Shown here: positions 9,501 through 17,568 of the stretch, piece by piece | Position numbering within the stretch: position 1 is the first letter of the stretch | How the letters are laid out: the number at the start of each line of letters is the position of its first letter | Source: Rubricoccaceae bacterium | GTDB lineage: Bacteria; Bacteroidota; Rhodothermia; Rhodothermales; Rubricoccaceae | DNA length: 50,962 nucleotides | NCBI GenBank assembly: GCA_035304085.1 | Contig: DATGQT010000028.1 | Coordinates: 1-50,962 of the forward strand | Direction: 5' to 3' | The notes under the pieces: generated by a model | Told to the model about the DNA's origin: nothing | What the model saw: the letters and a program-made list of their open reading frames with translations, nothing else | Databases searched by the model: none | Program-made: the position numbers and the translations under genes

Positions 9501-10079
9501 ATGCCTCTCCTGAAGCGGAGGACGAAGCGGACGGCGGAGATCCCCACCGCCTCGATGGCGGACATCGCCTTCCTCCTCCTCATCTTCTTCCTCGTCACGA
9601 CCACCATCGACGTGGACTCGGGGATCTACATGCAGCTCCCCCCGAAGCTGGACCCCGAACAGACCCCGCCGGAGATCCAGGACCGCAACCTCCTGACCGT
9701 CCTCGTCAGCGCCGCCGGCGACGTCCTCGTCGAGGGCGAGTTCATGCAGATCTCCGGCATCCGCGACGAGGTCAAACGCCACGTCCTCAACGAGGGGCGC
9801 CAGCCCGGGTACTCCGACAGTCCCGAGGTGGCCATCGTCTCGTTCAAGACCGAGCGCGGCACGAAGTACCAGGTCTACGTCGACGTCCTCGACGAGATCA
9901 AGGCGGCCTACATCGACATCCGCAACGACTACGCGCGCCAGATCGCCGGCGTGGACTACGCCACGTACAAGGCGCGCCTCGAGGAGGGGGAGACCGACCT
10001 CGTCGCCGAGAAGTACCCCATCAAGATCTCGCTCGCCGAGCCGGACCCCGGCGGAGCCGCCGCTCCCGCCGCCCGCTGA
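9501..10079 (+). CDS. exbD: Biopolymer transport protein ExbD/TolR (long form)
   Basis: The N-terminus KRTAEIPTASMADIAFLLLIFFLVTT is the canonical ExbD anchor. Confidence 0.88.
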   Translation: MPLLKRRTKRTAEIPTASMADIAFLLLIFFLVTTTIDVDSGIYMQLPPKLDPEQTPPEIQDRNLLTVLVSAAGDVLVEGEFMQISGIRDEVKRHVLNEGRQPGYSDSPEVAIVSFKTERGTKYQVYVDVLDEIKAAYIDIRNDYARQIAGVDYATYKARLEEGETDLVAEKYPIKISLAEPDPGGAAAPAAR

Positions 10080-10127
10080 GCCTCCCCACGCCGGCGCCTC
10101 CCCGCGCCCAGCCCGAGCCCCATCGCC

Positions 10128-10589
10128 ATGCCCGGCCACTTCAAGCGGAAGTCCTCCAAGGTCTCCCAGGAGATCCCGACGGCGTCCATGCCGGACGTCA
10201 TCTTCATCCTGCTCATCTTCTTCATGGTCTCGACGGTCCTCCGCGAGACGGAGCTCCTCGTGCGGACGACGCTCCCGCAGGCGGAGGCCATCGAGAAGAT
10301 CGAGCAGAAGCGGCTCGTCTCCTACATCTACATCGGCCCGCAGAAGCTCGAGGACGGCACCTTCGGCGAGGACGCCGTCCAGATCGACGACGCCATCGTG
10401 GACGACCTCACCGACATCCGGGAGATCATGTACCGGAAGATCCTCGAGGAGCCGCGCATGATCATCTCGCTCCGCGTCGACCGCGACACCGAGACGGGGC
10501 TGCTCTACGACGTGCAGCAGGAGCTGCGCGAGGCGGAGACCCTCCGGATCAACTACTCCACCACCCGCGAGGGCGCCGCGGAGGGCTGA
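10128..10589 (+). CDS. exbD: Biopolymer transport protein ExbD/TolR (second copy)
   Basis: SQEIPTASMPDVIFILLIFFMVST anchor. It is a paralog of the preceding gene. Confidence 0.88.
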   Translation: MPGHFKRKSSKVSQEIPTASMPDVIFILLIFFMVSTVLRETELLVRTTLPQAEAIEKIEQKRLVSYIYIGPQKLEDGTFGEDAVQIDDAIVDDLTDIREIMYRKILEEPRMIISLRVDRDTETGLLYDVQQELREAETLRINYSTTREGAAEG

Positions 10590-10613
10590 CCGTTTCTACG
10601 GACCAGGTCATCC

Positions 10614-10656
10614 CCGCGGGGGCGGCTCGAGTGTGGGCCGCCCCCGCGGCGTTTCC
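10614..10656 (+). terminator. Hairpin terminator after the exbBDD cluster
   Basis: Perfect 13-bp stem CCGCGGGGGCGGC / GCCGCCCCCGCGG (10614-10626 and 10637-10649), followed by CGTTTCC. Confidence 0.6.
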
Positions 10657-10748
10657 GGGGGGTCCGTATTTAGCCGCTCTCCACGGGAAGGCCGGGAGGG
10701 GCGGGTGTAGCTTCTCCGCCCGTCCCACTCAACCGCTCGTCCGCACTC

Positions 10749-11777
10749 ATGGCCTACCGTGTCACCCTCATCCCCGGCGACGGGATCGGCCCCGAGGTCG
10801 TCGGCGCGGCGCGGCGCGTGCTCGAGGCGACCGGCGTCGCGTTCGAGTGGGACGAGCAGGTGGCGGGGATGGCGGCCTTCGAGGCCACCGGCGACCCGCT
10901 CCCGCCTCCCGTTCTCGACGCCATCGCGCGGACGCGCCTCGCGCTGAAGGGCCCGCTCGCGACGCCCGTCGGCGGCGGCTTCCGCAGCGCCAACGTCCGG
11001 CTCCGCCAGCACTTCGACCTCTACGCGAACGTGCGCCCGGCCGAGACCCTCCCCAACACGAACACCCCCTTCCGCGGGCTCGACCTCGTCCTCTACCGCG
11101 AGAACACCGAGGGCCTCTACGCCGGCATCGAGTACTTCGACGAGCGGAACCAGATCGCCGACTCCATCGCGCGCGTGACGCGGCGGGGGAGCGAGCGGAT
11201 CGTCCGGTTCGCCTTCGAGGACGCCCGCCGCCGCGGCCGCCGCCGGATCACCCTCGTCCACAAGGCCAACATCCTCAAGGCCGCCGGCCGGATGTTCCTC
11301 GACATCGGCCGCGAGATCGCGAAGGACTACCCGGACATCGCCTTCGACGACCGGATCGTCGACAACATGGCGATGCAGCTCGTCATCCACCCCCAGGACT
11401 ACGACTGCCTCGTCACGACGAACCTCTTCGGCGACATCCTGTCCGACCTCATGGCCGGGCTCGTCGGCGGCCTCGGCGTGACCGGCTCGGCCAACGTCGG
11501 CGACGACTGCGCCATCTTCGAGGCCGTCCACGGCTCGGCGCCGGACATCGCGGGGAAGGGGATCGCCAACCCCACCGCCGTCATCCGCGCCGGCGAGATG
11601 CTGCTCCGCCACGTCGGCGAGGCCGAGGCGGCCGAGGCCGTCCGCCGCGCCCTCCACGACGTCTACGCCGAGGGCACCCGCCTCACGGCCGACCTCGGCG
11701 GCACCGCCTCCACCGACGCCTTCGCCGACCACCTCGCGGCGAGGGTCGAACGTCAAATGTCGAAGGTCGAAGGTTGA
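10749..11777 (+). CDS. NAD-dependent isocitrate/homoisocitrate (isopropylmalate-family) dehydrogenase
   Basis: [31 protein letters not shown] and [17 protein letters not shown] are hallmarks of the beta-decarboxylating dehydrogenase family. The last 10 codons ([10 protein letters not shown]) are read from element E6. Confidence 0.85.
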   Translation: MAYRVTLIPGDGIGPEVVGAARRVLEATGVAFEWDEQVAGMAAFEATGDPLPPPVLDAIARTRLALKGPLATPVGGGFRSANVRLRQHFDLYANVRPAETLPNTNTPFRGLDLVLYRENTEGLYAGIEYFDERNQIADSIARVTRRGSERIVRFAFEDARRRGRRRITLVHKANILKAAGRMFLDIGREIAKDYPDIAFDDRIVDNMAMQLVIHPQDYDCLVTTNLFGDILSDLMAGLVGGLGVTGSANVGDDCAIFEAVHGSAPDIAGKGIANPTAVIRAGEMLLRHVGEAEAAEAVRRALHDVYAEGTRLTADLGGTASTDAFADHLAARVERQMSKVEG

Positions 11778-11821
11778 CCATCCGACCTTCGACGCTTGGA
11801 CCCCAGACCTGAGACCCCCCG
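11744..11821. repeat. Word-hairpin element E6 (word GAAGGTC)
   Basis: In GGTCGAACGTCAAATGTCGAAGGTCGAAGGTTGACCATCCGACCTTCGACGCTTGGACC, GTCGAAGGTCG pairs with CGACCTTCGAC. It overlaps the 3' end of the dehydrogenase ORF. Confidence 0.7.
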
Positions 11822-12247
11822 ATGATCCAGCGCGTCCAGACCGTCTACCTCCTCGTCGCGGCCCTCCTGCTCGGGTTCTTCCTCGGGTTCGTGGACCTCT
11901 GGCTGGCCGTGGCCGGCGACGCGTTCGGGTGGCTCGGCGCCGTGGTCTACGGGCTGGGCGGGCTCACGGCCGCCGTCGCCCTCGTCGCCGTGTTCCTGTA
12001 CAAGCAGCGGGAGCGGCAGGCGAAGGTGATCCTGGCGGCGCAGTGGCTCGACCTCGCCCTCGTGCTCGTGCTGGCCGCCGCCCTCGGCTACCTCAGCTTC
12101 CGCACCGACGCCGACCTCACGGCGGCGGGCGCCGTCGGCATCGCGGTCCTGCTCATGCCCGTGCTAGCGTACGTCGCCCTGCGGCAGGCGCGGCTGGGCG
12201 TGCAGAAGGACATCGACCTCGTCCGGTCCATGGACCGGCTCCGGTAG
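11822..12247 (+). CDS. DUF4293-like membrane protein
   Basis: The N-terminus MIQRVQTVYLL and the C-terminus DLVRSMDRLR with four TM segments match my recollection of the Bacteroidota DUF4293 family. Confidence 0.7.
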   Translation: MIQRVQTVYLLVAALLLGFFLGFVDLWLAVAGDAFGWLGAVVYGLGGLTAAVALVAVFLYKQRERQAKVILAAQWLDLALVLVLAAALGYLSFRTDADLTAAGAVGIAVLLMPVLAYVALRQARLGVQKDIDLVRSMDRLR

Positions 12248-12251
12248 CGCC

Positions 12252-13160
12252 ATGGCCGCGGGGCCGCCGACGGCGCGCGACCGCCTCGGGGCGGTGCCGC
12301 TGCACGTGTGGGCGGTCCTGGCCGTGGGCCTCGCCACGTTCGGCTCGTCGGCCATCCTGGTGCGCTACGCTTCGGAGGCGCCGGCGCTGGCCCTCGCCGT
12401 GTGGCGGACGACCTTCGCGGCCGTGCTCGTGGCGCCGGTGGCGCTGGCGAAGGCGGGGCCGCAGCTCCGCCGCCTGCCGCCGCGCGACCTCGCGCTCATC
12501 GGGGCGGCGGGCGTGCTCCTCGGCCTCCACTTCATCGGCTACATCGAGTCGCTCTACCACACGAGCGTGGCGAGCGCCTCGGTGCTCGTCACGACGAGCC
12601 CGCTGTTCATCGCCGCCCTCGGGTACGCCTTCCTCCGCGAGCGCCTCGCGCTGCGGACCGTCCTCGCCATCGCGGCGGCCGTCGCCGGCGCCGCTCTCAT
12701 CGGGCTGGCCGACGCGCAGGCGGGGGCGTTCCCGCGCGCGGGCTTCGGCAACGCGCTCGCCCTCCTGGCGGCGCTACTGTTCTCGGTCTACATCCTCATC
12801 GGGCGGGCGGTGCGGCAGCGGATGGGCTTCCTCCCCTACCTCCTCCCGCTCTACGCCGTCGCGGCGGCGACGTGCGTGGGGGCGGCGCTGCTGCGGGGGG
12901 TGCCGCTGGCGCAGCCGTGGCCGGTCCTCGGGCTGTGCCTGCTGATGGCGCTCGGCCCGCAGCTCCTCGGGCACGGCTCGTTCAACTACGCCGTGCGCTA
13001 CCTCCCGGCGGCGCTCCTCGGGCTCCTCTCCCTCATCGAGCCCGTCGTGGCCTCGTTCCTGGCCCTCGTCCTCTTCGGCGAGCGCCCGCCGCTGCTGGCG
13101 GTGGCGGGGATGGCCGTCGTGCTCCTCGCCATCGCCGCCGTCTTCGCGCGACGAACGTGA
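12252..13160 (+). CDS. EamA/DMT-family transporter
   Basis: Ten-TM protein made of two EamA-like halves. Confidence 0.8.
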   Translation: MAAGPPTARDRLGAVPLHVWAVLAVGLATFGSSAILVRYASEAPALALAVWRTTFAAVLVAPVALAKAGPQLRRLPPRDLALIGAAGVLLGLHFIGYIESLYHTSVASASVLVTTSPLFIAALGYAFLRERLALRTVLAIAAAVAGAALIGLADAQAGAFPRAGFGNALALLAALLFSVYILIGRAVRQRMGFLPYLLPLYAVAAATCVGAALLRGVPLAQPWPVLGLCLLMALGPQLLGHGSFNYAVRYLPAALLGLLSLIEPVVASFLALVLFGERPPLLAVAGMAVVLLAIAAVFARRT

Positions 13161-13222
13161 TTACGTGACGCGTGATTACGTGAACGCTCCCTCTCACGTA
13201 ATCACACCCTTCACGTAATCAC
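13157..13222. repeat. Word-hairpin element E7 / bidirectional terminator (12-mer GTGATTACGTGA, two direct plus two inverted copies)
   Basis: GTGATTACGTGA lies at 13157-13168 and 13172-13183. Its exact complement TCACGTAATCAC lies at 13194-13205 and 13211-13222. The element sits between the convergent stop codons at 13160 and 13225. Confidence 0.85.
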
Positions 13223-13224
13223 GT

Positions 13225-14289
13225 TCACCGCCAGCCGGGAAGGAAGCGCCGCACGGGGAGGTCCGAGAAGTGCCGCCGGCCGCGGGCGAAGTAGTCGAGG
13301 ACGATGGCGCCGCGGTAGGGGGGGAGGAGGGCCAGCGCGTCGTCGGGAGGCCGGGCGTCGGCGTAGCGGGGGAAGAGGGCGCGGGCGTCGGCGTAGGCGC
13401 GGCGGATGGCGGCGGCCTCGGCGGGGCCGCCGGCGGCGCGGGCGCGCGCCCACGCGAGGGCGTCGAGGGCGCGGCGGGCGCGGGCCACGCGGCGCCACTC
13501 GCGCGGGGGGAGGTTCTTGTAGAGCATGACGAGGCTGTTGCGGAAGTTGTAGTACGCCTTCCGCGGGTCGCCCTGCGGCAGCGACGCGCCGCCGAGGTGG
13601 TACGCCACGCTCTGCGGCGCCACGCGCACGCGCCAGCCGGCCCGCCACAGCCGCCAGCACAGGTCCACCTCCTCCATGTGCATCCCGAACGCCTCGTCGA
13701 AGCCGCCGACGGCCTCGAACGCCTCGCGGCGCACGACGAGGCAGGCGCCGGAGGCCCAGAAGACGTCGCGGGCGTCGTCGTACTGCCCCCGGTCCTCCTC
13801 CAGCGTGAAGAACAGCCGGCCGCGCGTGAACGGGTAGCCGTAGGCGTCGAGGAAGCCGCCCGCGGCGCCGGCGTACTCGAACCGCGCGCGGTCGCCGTGC
13901 TGGAGGAGCTTGGGCTGGACGGCCGCCGCGTCGGGGATCGCCTCCAGCGTCGCCACGAGCGGGCGGAGCCACCCCGGCGGCACCTCGACGTCGTTGTTGA
14001 GGAAGACGAGGTGGCGGCCCGTGGCGTGGGGCACGGCCGCGTTGTTGCCCCGCGCGAACAGCCAGTTCTCGGGGTGGCGCACGACGACGACCCCGGGGTG
14101 CGCCGCCGCCAGCCAGTCGGCCGTCCCGTCCGTCGAGGCGTTGTCGGCCACGACGACCTCGAGGTCGGGGTAGTCGGTCGCGAGGACGGACGGGAGGAAC
14201 CGCTCCAGCAGCGCGCGCCCGTTCCACGTCACGATGACGACGGAGACGCGGGGGGTGCCTGAGGAGAGGCGCGGGAGGGGGACGAGCAC
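13225..14289 (-). CDS. Family 2 glycosyltransferase
   Basis: VSVVIVTWNG...ATDYPDLEVVVADNASTDGT plus the DxD-like NNDVEV and a later EEVDLCWR motif. Confidence 0.88.
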   Translation of the reverse strand: MLVPLPRLSSGTPRVSVVIVTWNGRALLERFLPSVLATDYPDLEVVVADNASTDGTADWLAAAHPGVVVVRHPENWLFARGNNAAVPHATGRHLVFLNNDVEVPPGWLRPLVATLEAIPDAAAVQPKLLQHGDRARFEYAGAAGGFLDAYGYPFTRGRLFFTLEEDRGQYDDARDVFWASGACLVVRREAFEAVGGFDEAFGMHMEEVDLCWRLWRAGWRVRVAPQSVAYHLGGASLPQGDPRKAYYNFRNSLVMLYKNLPPREWRRVARARRALDALAWARARAAGGPAEAAAIRRAYADARALFPRYADARPPDDALALLPPYRGAIVLDYFARGRRHFSDLPVRRFLPGWR

Positions 14290-14420
14290 GGGGCGGACGG
14301 GCCGGGGCGGGGCCGGAAGCTACGCCCCGGGGGCCGTGGGCGGCGGATCGCCGACGGCCGCTGAGCGCGTCGGGGAAGCCGCTCGCCCTCGCCGGCCCGT
14401 CAAGCCGGGCCGGCGGCGGC

Positions 14421-15044
14421 TCAGAAGTCCAGCTCGAAGTGGAGCCGCTCGATGGCGAGGACGCCCGCGCACGGGCCGTCGTTCGAGGCGACGAAGTCGA
14501 CGTCGAACCGGCCGCGGGCCACGGCGTCGTCCACGTGGTCGCGGATCTCCTGCGACGAGAGGTCCTGGTTCGTCACGGGGCAGTCGTCGAGGCCGGAGCA
14601 GATCTCGTCGCGGTCGTAGGGCCGCGCGTACCGCGACGTGACCTCCTGCACCTCGGGGTCGGCTTCCTCGTCCACGTGCACGTCGGCCTGGAGGACGGGC
14701 ACGCGGTCGATCATCACGAAGAGGCGGACGTGGCAGACGGCGCCTCCGCCGCCCGCCGCCGGCGCAGGCGACTGGTACGTGACGGCGTCCTCGGGGATCG
14801 AGATCCGCTCGATGTCGAACACGTCCGGGAGGTTCTGCTCGACGTCCACCTCGCCCGTCGGTGCCGCGACGCTCGTGTTGGGGACGAGCGGGAGGACGGC
14901 GTTGCTGCCGAGGTTCACGTCGAACTGGTCGACGCCGATGAGGTCGGCGGCCTCGTCGCAGCCGGCGAGGCCGAAGGCGGGGGCGGCGAGGGCCAGGGCG
15001 AGGATGAGGGGGCGGGTACGACCCGCGAGCGGGAGCTGCGGCAT
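14421..15044 (-). CDS. Lipoprotein of unknown function
   Basis: Signal peptide plus lipobox (LALAAPAFGLAGC). Acidic, with four further Cys. No family was recognised. Confidence 0.6.
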   Translation of the reverse strand: MPQLPLAGRTRPLILALALAAPAFGLAGCDEAADLIGVDQFDVNLGSNAVLPLVPNTSVAAPTGEVDVEQNLPDVFDIERISIPEDAVTYQSPAPAAGGGGAVCHVRLFVMIDRVPVLQADVHVDEEADPEVQEVTSRYARPYDRDEICSGLDDCPVTNQDLSSQEIRDHVDDAVARGRFDVDFVASNDGPCAGVLAIERLHFELDF

Positions 15045-15172
15045 GGGGGACCAGGGTGGGGAACGGGAATGGAGCCAACCATACGACCGCCGCGCCGCCG
15101 GGCTCCGGGGGAGCGGTACGATCAGGCGTCGCCGCAGGGGGCACAGCCGTTATCGGCCGGGCGCGCGCGGAC

Positions 15173-15230
15173 ATAAAAAAGGCGCCGGCGCGGCCTGTAA
15201 GACCCCACCACGAGTCCAGGCCGCGCCGGC
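15173..15230 (-). terminator. Intrinsic terminator (minus strand)
   Basis: The 14-bp GC stem GCCGGCGCGGCCTG (15184-15197) / CAGGCCGCGCCGGC (15217-15230) is followed on the minus strand by GCCTTTTTTAT. Confidence 0.6.
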
Positions 15231-15390
15231 TTTCCCACCACCAGCGTGGGCTCGTGCCCGCTGGTTCTGTAGAGATCTCGTCTCCCTGCGGGGGTAACCG
15301 GTGACCCCCCTCTGGAGACGACGCCCCTATAGACACGGGTGACCGGCGAGATCTAACTCCTCCGGCCAACTTTTTTTTCGGACCGCCCCT
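15231..15390 (-). ncRNA. Candidate structured RNA or 5' leader upstream of that terminator (class unknown)
   Basis: Nested perfect helices: GAGATCTCG/CGAGATCTC encloses CGTCTCC/GGAGACG, which encloses GGGGGT..ACCCCC. There is also a CCAGC-GGGC-ACGA-GCCC-GCTGG hairpin. The 376-bp gap has no credible ORF. Strand is inferred only from the terminator. Confidence 0.35.
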
Positions 15391-15420
15391 TCCGCCCTCG
15401 CCAGGGCCGATTTTCCCCTC

Positions 15421-17418
15421 ATGCGCTCCTCGCTCTCTCCCCCCGATCCCGCGCCCGGCGCCGAGCCGGGACGGGCGCTGGCCGCCCTGCGGCGGCACTG
15501 GGGCTACGACGCCCTCCGCCCGGGGCAGCGCGAGGCCGTCGAGGCCGTCCTCGCCGGGCGCGACGTGCTCGCCGTGCTCCCGACGGGTGGCGGGAAGTCG
15601 CTGCTGTACCAACTCCCGGCCGTGCTGCTCGACGGCCTCGTCCTCGTCGTCTCGCCGCTCGTGGCGCTGATGCAGGACCAGGTGGAGGCGCTCGCCGCGC
15701 GCGGCATCCCCGCCGTCGCGCTCACGGCCGCCCTCGGCCCGCGCGCCCTCGACCAGCGCCTCACCGACGCCGAGTTCGGCCGCTACCGCCTCCTCTACGT
15801 GACGCCCGAGCGGCTGGAGACGGAGCTGTTCCGGGCGCGGGCGTCCCGCCTGAACGTCGCCCTCCTCGCCGTCGACGAGGCCCACTGCATCTCGGAGTGG
15901 GGCCACGACTTCCGCCCGGCCTACCGCCGCATCGCGGCCGTCCGGCCCCTCCTCGCAGGCGCCGGGGGCCGGCCCGTGCCCGTCCTGGCCGTCACCGCCA
16001 CCGCCACGCCGCCCGTCCGCCGCGACGTCGTCGAGCAGCTGGGGCTGCGGGACCCGGTGGTGGTGGTGCGGGGGTTCGACCGGCCGAACCTCGTGTGGGC
16101 CGTCTACCGGGGGGAGGACAAGGCGCGGAAGCTGAGGGAGATCGCGGAGACGGTGCCGGGGAGCGGGCTCGTCTACGCCGGCACGCGCGAGGGGAGCGCG
16201 GCGTGGGCCGAAAAGCTGCGGGGGATGGGCGTGACGGCCGAGGCCTACCACGCCGGCCTCGACGCCGAGACGCGGGCGGCCGTGCAGCGCCGCTGGCTCG
16301 ACGGCCGGACCCGCGTCATCGCCGCCACGAGCGCCTTCGGAATGGGGATCGACAAGCCCGACGTGCGGTTCGTCGTCCACGTGGCGCTGCCGCCGACGCT
16401 GGAGGCGTACTACCAGGAGGCCGGGCGGGCCGGCCGCGACGGCCGCCGCGCCTGGGCCGTCCTCCTCGTGGACGACGCCGACGAGGACCTCCCCCGCGCC
16501 CTCGCCGAGGAGGGCCACCCGGAGGCCCCCGCCGTCCAGGCCGTCTACGCCGCCGCCGGCAGCCTCGCCCAGATCCCCCTCGGCAGCCGGCCCGACGGGC
16601 CCGTCCCCCTCGACCCCGACGCCCTCGCGCGCGTGGCCGGCGTCACGCCGATGGCCGCCCGCGCGGCCGTGGACCGGCTGGCCGACGCGGGGGTGTGGAC
16701 GGTGCTTCCGCACCACCCGCATCGCGCCCTCGTGCGCGCCCACCAGCCGCCCGAGGTGCTCCGCCGCTACGCCGACGGCCGGGAGAACCCGTCGCTGGGG
16801 CGGTTCGTCCGCGCGCTCCTCCGCGTGCTCCCGCCCGAGGCCTTCGGCGGGTGGGCCGAGGTGGACCTCGCGCTGCTGGAGAAGAAGACGGGGCTGGGGC
16901 GCGACCGGCTCCTGCGCGGCCTCGGCTTCCTCGCCCAGCACGACCTGCTGGCGGTGCACCCACCCTCGGAGGGCCTGCGCGTGGTGTTCGAGGGCCCGCG
17001 CACGGAGAAGGCCGCGCTCGACGCCGGGGCCCTCGCCCGCGCCCGCCGCCGCGCCCTCGCCCGCCTCGACGACGTGCTCCGCTACGCCGGCTCGCTGCAC
17101 TGCCGGCGCCAGCACCTCCTCCACTACTTCGGCGAGGCGAGCCCGGCGCGGTGCGGGCGGTGCGACGTGTGCCTCGGGCGCCACCGCCCGGCCGCGGTCA
17201 CGCCCGAGGACGAGCCGCTGCTCCGGCGGATCCTCGCGCACGTCGAGCGGGGGGAGCCGCGGGCGGACTGGCTCGCGGGCGAGGGGCTGCCGGCGCACCG
17301 GCGCGACGGGCTGGCCGACTGGCTCGTGCACGAGGGGTTGCTGCAGGTGGAGGACCCGCTGGCCGACGCCCTCGCCCTCACGCCGAAGGCGCTCCGGCTG
17401 CTGCGGGGCAGGGCGTGA
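15421..17418 (+). CDS. recQ: ATP-dependent DNA helicase, RecQ family
   Basis: GYDALRPGQREAV, motif I PTGGGKSL, DEAH box VDEAHCISEWGHDFRPAY, TATAT, and the RecQ Zn-finger cysteines (CRRQHLLHYFGE...CGRCDVC). Confidence 0.93.
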   Translation: MRSSLSPPDPAPGAEPGRALAALRRHWGYDALRPGQREAVEAVLAGRDVLAVLPTGGGKSLLYQLPAVLLDGLVLVVSPLVALMQDQVEALAARGIPAVALTAALGPRALDQRLTDAEFGRYRLLYVTPERLETELFRARASRLNVALLAVDEAHCISEWGHDFRPAYRRIAAVRPLLAGAGGRPVPVLAVTATATPPVRRDVVEQLGLRDPVVVVRGFDRPNLVWAVYRGEDKARKLREIAETVPGSGLVYAGTREGSAAWAEKLRGMGVTAEAYHAGLDAETRAAVQRRWLDGRTRVIAATSAFGMGIDKPDVRFVVHVALPPTLEAYYQEAGRAGRDGRRAWAVLLVDDADEDLPRALAEEGHPEAPAVQAVYAAAGSLAQIPLGSRPDGPVPLDPDALARVAGVTPMAARAAVDRLADAGVWTVLPHHPHRALVRAHQPPEVLRRYADGRENPSLGRFVRALLRVLPPEAFGGWAEVDLALLEKKTGLGRDRLLRGLGFLAQHDLLAVHPPSEGLRVVFEGPRTEKAALDAGALARARRRALARLDDVLRYAGSLHCRRQHLLHYFGEASPARCGRCDVCLGRHRPAAVTPEDEPLLRRILAHVERGEPRADWLAGEGLPAHRRDGLADWLVHEGLLQVEDPLADALALTPKALRLLRGRA

Positions 17419-17568
17419 GGCATCGGCGGCGTGGTCCGCTCGCTCGGGTTGCCAGCGAAGCCCTTTCCGTTGCTCCATTTGCTTCCTTCGATGCTGCGCC
17501 CTATCCTGAGCACGCCACCACGCGTCGGTTATAGTTCCCACCACACGTCCTGTCCTGGAGGTCTGTCC

